NCBI GenBank assembly: GCA_054661495.1
Contig: BAAFSQ010000054.1
Coordinates: forward strand, 18,221-50,220
DNA: 32,000 nucleotides
Source of the DNA: Zygophlyctis sp. KS116
Taxonomy: Eukaryota > Fungi > Chytridiomycota
Direction of reading: 5' to 3'
Shown: positions 11,901 through 19,775 of the stretch, piece after piece
Numbering within the stretch: the stretch's first letter is position 1
Layout of the letters: the number at the start of each line of letters is the position of its first letter
Translations under genes and position numbers: made by a program
Notes under the pieces: generated by a model
What the model was told of the DNA's origin: nothing
The model's database searches: none
Seen by the model: the letters and a program-made list of their open reading frames with translations, nothing else

Positions 11901-12476
11901 AGTATCAAACGTAAATGTCCCTGTATTACTTGACAACGATATATCCATATCAGATACATCCATAAACTCTTCAAGACTCTTTTGTATCGAATTTACACAA
12001 GACTGACAAACCATTCCATTTATATCAACACAAATCGTCTTTCTCTTTTTAATTGGCTTTAAAGGTGAAACCTCTGGCGTTGGCAAACCTGCCAAAGACT
12101 TTAATGAAACAGAATATCCAGCATTCCCAATCATTTTTATAATCTGTTGCAGATCAGTAACATCCACATCATAAACAACTTGAATAATGCAATTATCTAC
12201 TTGAGCTGATTGAATACCTGTAAAAGACCGAAGAGTTATCAAAGACGCAGAATCAATAATTCTATTTACATACAGTCGAACACTTTGAGGAGCTACTAAT
12301 AGTCCATAGCCGTGCAGTGCCTCTATAAGATCCCGATCATTAAGTATAGTATCATCATAACTTATAAACACATTATCAGCAACCATTTCTTTTGAGGAAA
12401 TTCCAGGAAGAAATTCCAGTGCCTGATCAGCTTCATCAGTGGAGTTTAGTAAGAATACTGTTTTGTGATCTCTCAT
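8933..12476 (-). CDS. CCC2: Cu(+)-transporting P1B-type ATPase (CCC2/ATP7-like), about 1144 aa
   Basis: Introns 11012-10983, 10532-10507, 10253-10229, 9285-9258 (30, 26, 25, 28 nt). Three GMxCxxC HMA motifs, TGEP, CPC in TM6, DKTGTLT, HP, GDGLND, YN and [12 protein letters not shown] 12476 is preferred (aaaATG context); 12503 is possible. Confidence 0.95.
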
Positions 12477-12564
12477 TTTACAATTTAGAGCACTATTTCT
12501 CATACAATGGAATTTTGAGTTGGAATGACGCAGGTTGTGTGGCGCTCTAGCCTTGATCAAATGA

Positions 12565-13063
12565 TTATATTGGCTTCATTAATTGTAAAAGTAATAAAAA
12601 CACAGCTGCATATAAAATAACTGTCCCTGATGCACTTACAATCAGCAGTATTTTAGCGGTTCTTTCATTAATACTTATAATCCGTACCTCGCATATCCTA
12701 TGGCCGCCCGTTGTTTACCTCTAATAATCAGCGCATCCACTTGTGCTGCATTGTATATTGCAAGTAAAGCTATCGGAAACGTAATCTAGTCTTAAAAACA
12801 ATAATTACAAGACAAAAAACACTTAGAAAGCTCACAATTATACTTTCTCCTAGATATGAATATATACTGTCAGAGTCAGTAGGAGATTCTGGTTCTGATG
12901 ATCTATTATTAGAAAATAGTTCAGTAATTTGTGTAGCTATACGGTGTACAGCTCCTCCGTTTGAGTGTCCGCCGATTGATGATGTACGGCGACGATATGA
13001 TACAGGAGAAGCTGATACATTCCCTTGAGTAGACTCATCATTTAATAGAGGGGTGGTCTCCAT
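12565..13063 (-). CDS. CD225/dispanin (IFITM/PRRT/TMEM233-like) membrane protein, 149 aa
   Basis: Exons 13063-12809, 12785-12688, 12661-12565 (introns 23 and 26 nt). The spliced C-terminal half SYLGESIIVSFLSVFCLITFPIALLAIYNAAQVDALIIRGKQRAAIGYARTAKILLIVSASGTVILYAAVFLLLLQLMKPI follows the CD225 pattern (YL..SI....FC..P+.++A+..S..V......G....A..YS..AK.L + TM). Recognised by eye; no HMM run. Confidence 0.75.
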
Positions 13064-13075
13064 GTAAATATGTAT

Positions 13076-13905
13076 TTAATTCAATTTAACTGCAAAAGGG
13101 TTCCGTGCCTTGTAATACTCTATTCGCTGATCAAGAAACATGTTTCCTTGGCGAATCAATTCAGCAACATCATCATTGTCCATCAATATAGAATCAGCCA
13201 TGCATTCCTTCAAAAATAAACGGTCGGGGTATAGTTCCTCTAGTAAATTCTTTTCAATGCTTTCTGGTGATAAAGAAGATGTAGATCCGTTTTTAGTTAG
13301 AATTCTTGATTCTGATTGATGATTTCTTTTAATGGGTAGTTTGTCTCCTTTCAAGATAGAAATATGCTCTTTGATCTTAAATAGATGATTATCATCTAAT
13401 TCATTCACAGCTGTTAAAATTGCTTCTTGGCATCGTCCAATACCTTCGATTAAAATTAATATTATTACCAAGTTTACAGTCGTTTGAGTCGGATTTCATA
13501 TTAAGACCTATAGATTATATTGTCTTTATTACCTCTAGAATACCATAGTAATGCAGACTCAAAATCTCCCATATTAAAATAGCAATCGGCTTTACAAAGT
13601 ATTGCTTTTAAGGACTGGGGACTGATGGCAAAAGCTGATTTTGCATCTTCCAAAGCAGAACTCATCTCACCTATAAATGCATAACATCGAGATCTTCGGA
13701 GATACAAGATCTCTGATTGTTTGATTGATATAGCTTGTGAATATAATGGTATGGCAGCTGCATAATCCCCTTGCCGAGATAACTGATCAGCTTCGGACAC
13801 TTTACTACCACGTTCAATCTCAATCTTGTCCATATGAATCCCTTCATTTTGGTCATTTCCTTCGTCACCTTCGCTTTTGTCATTGGAGTTCTTTTTAGGG
13901 ATCAT
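13076..13905 (-). CDS. TTC25/ODAD4-like TPR protein (N-terminal portion only), 259 aa
   Basis: Exons 13905-13533, 13507-13469, 13443-13076 (two 25-nt introns). TPRs with RSRCY...ALEDA...KADCYFNMGDFESALLWYSRG...GIGRCQEAI, then LLEELYPDRLFL...GNMFLDQRIEYYKARNP, resembling TTC25. Confidence 0.72.
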
Positions 13906-13987
13906 TTCAAACCAAAAAAACAATGAGATTGAATGACGTAATCTTTCTTGATAAAATTGTGCCTGCACACCTTGTCAACTCAACATT

Positions 13988-14959
13988 TTATGTCTGCTGG
14001 AAATATAATGATGGCTGAATAGGAAATTCTGCAATTTTATCTAAAACAGTTGCAATACGTAATCCAGACTATTCATGATTCAAACAAAATCATACCTGTG
14101 CCAACAATTTTTCCGCGATCCCGATACTGGAATTATAATATCCTTTAAATTAGAAAAAAATTCAAAACTCACCCATTCCCAATTCTCTTCTTCGCTTATA
14201 ACCAACCCAAACATAATCACAATTTACCTGATTACTTTGTACAATCCATTCTTGCGGACAACTCTGTACTTTATCTGGATCATTATCAAGTTTTTGACAA
14301 GTTTTCCATTTAACAGATTCATCTTTCCATTCATTCAAGAGTTTATCAACCAAGTACTTTGCATATTCTCTTAAATCGCCATGAAAATCATTCTTGATTC
14401 TTGTCGTAAAAAGAGCCCAATCCCAGACAGAATGCATATTAATATACTTACCCATATATTTTGCCATTGCTCTATTTCCCTATTTTGTTTTAAAAGATAA
14501 CTAGTACTCCTTTATCACGTCCACAAGCATGCAAAGGCTGATGAATATCACCAATAAAATGCACCAGAAACTTTAGAGACTCATCTCTAAAATTATTAGA
14601 GCGCAGTAATCTTGATGTATAATTCTGAATTGCACTCACAACACATCCATCTGTACAATCAGTAGAAACTTGTGCTAAACATCGCCGTGGAGGAGCATCA
14701 TGAGTATCCATGTAATGCAAAGATCTTGCCCAGTCGTAAGAATGATTCGACTTGATTTCATCACCCCTTATCAAAATTATAAAAAGTCAATTTACCATGT
14801 TGCAACTTTAGATAGATTTGCCGATACCAGTAAATTGACATATTTGGTAGTTTTAGTGCTTATAAGCATATCAGCGATTAAACCGCTCACTGTATGACCA
14901 AGACTTCCAAATGCGGTAACGATATCCAATGATAATATGACCAAAAGACCTGCCAACAT
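13988..14959 (-). CDS. Secreted S1/P1 nuclease, 285 aa
   Basis: Introns 14795-14767, 14507-14480, 14172-14143, 14095-14069 (29, 28, 30, 27 nt). Signal peptide MLAGLLVILSLDIVTA, then FGSLGH, ATWGDEIK, LHYMD, LKFLVHFIGDIHQPLH, DKGGN, MHSVWD, LLAQSGLRIA. Confidence 0.92.
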
Positions 14960-14980
14960 CAAAAGAAAATTGATTTATTA

Positions 14981-15603
14981 TTATTCAAATTCCGCACATT
15001 GATCAAATGTACTTTTATTCCATGGCGAAGAAGCAAATGCAATCAGTTCATGAATAAAATGTTGTGTTTTAGAACCAAGAAATGATTCTAGTGATTTAAT
15101 TGCTTCTTCCGATCTAATATCAATATTCATTAAAAGAGCTATAATGTAACTTGAGATCAACTCAACATTATCCTGTCCGATAAGTATTAATAGATCACGA
15201 TCTATCCATGGCTTTAGATATTGATCAACCTTTGCAATATTCCTTTTCATATAATCAGGACAAAGAGATCGAAACTTTCCAATGTTAGATTCACCGATTT
15301 TTGATCGTAATCCCAAGAAATATATTCTTCTTCTTTGTTGAATTCCATCATAGTCTCTTGGTACAGATCCAAATTCCCTGATAACTCCTCTTCTAAATAC
15401 AAACTATTCATTAAAAATTACAATATTACTTTTGAAAGGTAGTCATCAAGATCATGCAAAACAAACTCAAACTCCTGCTTGCACATTGGGCATAAATTAG
15501 ATTGATTTCTCCAAAAACAAATGCAGTCAAAGCAAAACTCATGATAGCATCCGCCTACCAGCGCCTTATCTTTAAAGTCTGAGAGACATATCGGACATTG
15601 CAT
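14981..15603 (-). CDS. Topors-like RING-finger E3 ligase, 198 aa
   Basis: Exons 15603-15430 and 15403-14981 (26-nt intron). C3HC4 RING CPIC...CYHEFCFDC...W....LCPMCK; RRRIY motif; C-terminal WIDRDL...FLGSKTQHFIHELIAFASSP helical domain. Confidence 0.85.
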
Positions 15604-15733
15604 ATATTAAAATTCAGGATATGCCGACTATTAACAATAGTTATTATGTAGCGTTTTCTGAGACGAGGGACTTATGAAACTTACGCCACCTTGCTCCCGA
15701 ATCAAACTTGAAACTCTTTGGACCGCTTTTTCA

Positions 15734-16692
15734 ATGAAATTAGTATTTTTGGCATTCATCGCATCTTCAAATGTTATGGCAACATTAATGGATGGAGCAT
15801 TGAAAATTGTTAAAGGGGCCAAACTGCGATCTACAACTCCAGAACCAGATATGGCTGCAGCAATGGACTCACTTGTGAGATATCCTTTTCATGGATCTCA
15901 TCATCTTGATCAAATGGATCAAGTATCCCATGACATTGATAATCCTTTGAATGATCCCTACTTTAACCTTGCTGATTCTAAAAACCTTGATAGTGAGCCC
16001 GGAATCTCTTTTTGGACACAATCTGACGCACTTGATAAGGCTTCTCAAAATCCTACTAATGAGTTTCAAGAGAGAACATTAGGAACAAATCCTGATTTGG
16101 AATATAATGATGGATTTGAACGTACAATCTTGGAAACTTGGGAGCAGAGCTCTAATGAAGTAGCAAATGGAGCAGATTAGGGCAATTATTGGGAAAATCT
16201 GAAGATTCTACACCTGTTCTTCCTCCATCTTCTAAAGGAGCTCAAAAACCCCTTTTGGAAAGTAAAAAAAATCAAAACCAAGGTACAATTCTAAAAAACT
16301 TTCAAGAAAGAATCTCACCTGAAATAGCCACAAGATATGCTTACTTGAAGAATCAGCCTCAGTTGAAAAAGATGGGAATTACTGAATTTATTGAAAGTAA
16401 TTCTTCGCCAGGATCTATAGTTTCTTATAGTGCATCAGAAAGGCAATTGCGAAGTGTGCTTTTACAAAACGACATGAAACATGTGCTGTTCAAGATATAT
16501 TCAGAAAATAATCCACATGATAGAGCCATTCTCTCAGCTATTCAAAAACTGTCAGCAGATCAAAAGGCATTAGTTTTGGCATTCGCAGCATCTCAAAAAA
16601 ATTGGATTCTTGCAAACATTATGATTTCTAAAGGTGTGGATCAATCGTACTTTATTATAACTATCAACCAGATGATTACACATCTTATCTAG
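15734..16692 (+). pseudogene. Secreted protein with a C-terminal helical repeat, split by an apparent 1-nt frameshift near 16176-16180 (pseudogene or sequencing error)
   Basis: ORF from ATG 15734 has a signal peptide (MKLVFLAFIASSNVMA) and stops at 16180; a second frame is open from 16159 to 16692. Adding one T (GATTA to GATTTA) fuses them. The C-terminus KLSADQKALVLAFAASQKNWILANIMISKGVD resembles the repeats of 17689-19380. Confidence 0.6.
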
Positions 16693-17024
16693 TTGGGTCA
16701 ATAGAAATACTATGGTGTTACATCAAAATATTTTCCTTATTTTTTCAATAAATGAATCAAGAAAATAAAAACATTTTTTCATTTTTTTAACTCGAAAAGA
16801 TGTCCGAAAAAGTGAATATGATTTGAGAAATTGTTGATCACTTTATCATATCATTAAGAAAATACTGTTTGATGAGAGCCCCAGACTGAAATCTAAAACT
16901 CATCTAGAATATGAAACTACATGTACCGCACTAACCGCAAGATCTTTCTTTAAAACAATCAGTTATTATGCTTCTTCTTCTTGCCGTTTGCTTCTCATAC
17001 ATTGGAGCTTCAGTCTCCAAGAAA

Positions 17025-17588
17025 ATGATATTGATGCATGCTCTGATTGCAATCATAATCACAAGTACTAGTACAACTTTAGCGTTTTCCGCCCCACAAA
17101 CATTTTCTAGAATTGGAACAGATATATTCAGTGGCATGCCAGCAACTAATAGAATAAATGTTAATTCTTTATCAGAATCACAGAAAAAAGTTTTGATTCA
17201 AAACAAAAGACTTCATAGGAAACTTCGAAAACACCGTAGACGGCATGGCAAAAGACATGACAAAAGACCTGGACATCCAATCAACAATTTCGATAAAGAT
17301 TCAGTGGTACCATCTCTTGAAAAGCAAGCTTCTCTAAAATGGAAAATTAAAACCAAAGCAGACAACCGTCCGGACAATACTTTTGCAGATAACCAAAAAT
17401 CAGTTGCACCAATAGATTCTTCGGGCAATAATAAGGTGGATCCAAAGTTTGTCAGGATAAACTATCCATCATTAGAAAATAATCGAGCATTTCAGCCTCA
17501 TAGCCAAGTATCAGCAGAACAAGGGACTCCAGCGTACGATTTCACTTCGGACTATTTGAAATTGTCTGAAAATGCATTAAACGCATAA
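17025..17588 (+). CDS. Intronless secreted hypothetical protein with a highly basic K/R/H patch, about 187 aa
   Basis: Signal-peptide-like MILMHALIAIIITSTSTTLA (upstream in-frame ATG 16968 also possible); KRLHRKLRKHRRRHGKRHDKRP; the remainder looks disordered. Confidence 0.7.
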   Translation: MILMHALIAIIITSTSTTLAFSAPQTFSRIGTDIFSGMPATNRINVNSLSESQKKVLIQNKRLHRKLRKHRRRHGKRHDKRPGHPINNFDKDSVVPSLEKQASLKWKIKTKADNRPDNTFADNQKSVAPIDSSGNNKVDPKFVRINYPSLENNRAFQPHSQVSAEQGTPAYDFTSDYLKLSENALNA

Positions 17589-17688
17589 TTTTTTATAATC
17601 ATGAATACATTAAATGATTTTTATTGACTAATGCTCATTTGGAAAATCTTCGAATTCCTGAAATTTTTAATTAGAATTTTCATACTTG

Positions 17689-19380
17689 ATGATCATTTTG
17701 ATTGCAATTTTCTACGGTTTAGTGCATTCGGCTCCTCCTAATAATGCAGCACTTTCTAAAAATGGAATTCATGTGAATCTGCACAAATCAGGCTCTAACT
17801 TAATTATTCCGGCAGCTTTAAGGATTCCACACAATTCGATAGCAGATTCATCAAATCAGCTATTAGCTCATAGAAATTATGCCTCTGATAGAAATATTCA
17901 AAGATCAAATGCTGATGCTCCTAGTAAAAAGGCCCCATCGCAAACTGATCAAGAGAAATCTCAACTTTCGTCGGTTAATCTCATATCTTCTGATGACTTA
18001 CTTAAGGGAATTGATACTGATTCTCTAGATCTAATGAATGCTTTACAGCAACAAGTTGGTACATTTTTTTCCTTGGTTTTGGAAAATACAATGGCATCTA
18101 GAGTTATGGCGTTAAGAATGGCAGATGATTTTGATGATGGTCAAAGGGCGACCATGTTTAGTTACTTGTTTAGTGTCGGTGAATGGTATTTGATTAAGAG
18201 AATGCTTCAAAAAGGTATGAATGTAACACCTTTGATAGCCATACTGAGAAGTCTGCCTCTTGATGAAGCGATTGAGAAGATGGATGCAATTGGTTTCAAA
18301 GGAATTTTCAAGTGGAGAACCAAAATTCATTATGTTCCTACAGGAGAATATTTTCATATATTATCTGAAATGAATTATGAAAAGTTTAGACTTTCTCGTA
18401 GTATTTCTTCTGATTTACAAAAGGCGGCAAAATCAATTCATCCTGCATTAAATTATCTTTACAAGGCGATTTCAACTGATGAAAATTTTTCTTTTAACTT
18501 GCAACTTCTTGAAAAACTGGATGACTATCAGAAATCTATTGCTCTTGCTATAATGGTCAATTTGAAACAATGGGATATTGCTAGACTTATGATATCAATG
18601 GGCTATGATCGTACAATAATGATAAGACTCTTGGATCAGTACTCTAATTTAGCAGGTATACAAGCTTATGAAATATTGGGTAATTCTGAGTTATATCAGC
18701 CTCAGTTACTTGAAAGATTTTATTATTTGCTTGATATGAATCAAATATTATTTTCTGGTGAGGCTGCATGTATGCTGATGAATATGTTGGATCATAACTC
18801 CAAGGAAATTGTTTTAAAAGACTTATTTCTTCTCAAAGAATGGTACATAATCAAAAGAATGTTGGAGAATGGTATGGATCCAACAAACTTGATTAAAAAT
18901 CTTAAAAGTCTACCTCGTAAAGAAGCCGTTGAAAAGATGGACGCCATTGGCTACTTTGGACTTTTCCAAGCATCAGATGGTGATATACATTACATAAAAC
19001 CTAAGAATCAGAACATTGAACTAAAAGATTTAAAACAAGACAATATTCTCTTCCTTCATAGTATTTCTTCAGATTTAGTAATGGCAGAAGTTATTTGGAA
19101 CAATTTTTTGAACTTGATTGGTGATGTTCATAGAGCTTCAAATGTCGATTTCTATACGCATTTTACCGACTATTATAAATCTATTGCTCTTGCCTATATG
19201 GCCTTTATTCAAAATTGGGAATCTGCCAGGAGTATGATATCAATGGGATTTGATAAAAAAATTCTGATCAGACTCTTGGATCAATATCCAGATGTAGCTG
19301 CAGTACAAGCATTTGAAGAATTAGGAGATTTCCAACCTTTTGAAAATACCGTGCTTGATCTTGATCTATTAGCAGATTAA
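17689..19380 (+). CDS. Intronless secreted protein with a duplicated (A-B)x2 helical repeat, 563 aa
   Basis: Signal peptide MIILIAIFYGLVHSA. Internal repeat of about 215-220 aa (EWYLIKRMLQKGM / EWYIIKRMLENGM; KSIALA..W..AR.MISMG.D...IRLLDQY twice), also visible in the DNA (GTATTTCTTC.GATTTA at 18401 and 19061). Confidence 0.88.
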   Translation: MIILIAIFYGLVHSAPPNNAALSKNGIHVNLHKSGSNLIIPAALRIPHNSIADSSNQLLAHRNYASDRNIQRSNADAPSKKAPSQTDQEKSQLSSVNLISSDDLLKGIDTDSLDLMNALQQQVGTFFSLVLENTMASRVMALRMADDFDDGQRATMFSYLFSVGEWYLIKRMLQKGMNVTPLIAILRSLPLDEAIEKMDAIGFKGIFKWRTKIHYVPTGEYFHILSEMNYEKFRLSRSISSDLQKAAKSIHPALNYLYKAISTDENFSFNLQLLEKLDDYQKSIALAIMVNLKQWDIARLMISMGYDRTIMIRLLDQYSNLAGIQAYEILGNSELYQPQLLERFYYLLDMNQILFSGEAACMLMNMLDHNSKEIVLKDLFLLKEWYIIKRMLENGMDPTNLIKNLKSLPRKEAVEKMDAIGYFGLFQASDGDIHYIKPKNQNIELKDLKQDNILFLHSISSDLVMAEVIWNNFLNLIGDVHRASNVDFYTHFTDYYKSIALAYMAFIQNWESARSMISMGFDKKILIRLLDQYPDVAAVQAFEELGDFQPFENTVLDLDLLAD

Positions 19381-19488
19381 ATGGTATGTTTTCTTGTAAA
19401 ATAATTAAAAGAAGCATTAACAGCAATTACTCAAATCTCAACATTATTTTAATTTTAGTAAAACTCTAGTGATTTTATGATCTTTTAG

Positions 19489-19734
19489 TTACTCTGATAG
19501 TAGATCAATCAATATTTTCCAATCCTTTGAAACCTGTAAATTACAATAGTCCTCTTCAGAGTATTCATCAATGGTAATTTCTAAATCGGTGCACCGCTTG
19601 ATCCAATGCAATTTTGGTTGATCAGTAACAGTTATAAGCCAGATCGATTCATGGTTATCAAAGATGCATTTCCCATTTAATCGTAATTTACTCTTGTGAT
19701 TAGTAAGATTAATGCAACAGTCTGTATAGTCCAT
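19489..19734 (-). CDS. Small hypothetical protein (81 aa; a possible 27-nt intron 19492-19466 would add VLLKLK)
   Basis: ATG-initiated ORF that fills the gap between two genes in a genome with almost no spare DNA; no recognisable motif. Confidence 0.5.
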   Translation of the reverse strand: MDYTDCCINLTNHKSKLRLNGKCIFDNHESIWLITVTDQPKLHWIKRCTDLEITIDEYSEEDYCNLQVSKDWKILIDLLSE

Positions 19735-19775
19735 GGAGAGACTATTGAGTATGTTTAGGAGGCCAACTTAAAAAA

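Noticed and set aside
12770-13063. ORF 12770..13063 as the first exon of the copper ATPase
   Set aside because: It splices into its own 149-aa ORF ending at TAA 12567-12565; CCC2 has separate ATGs at 12503 and 12476.
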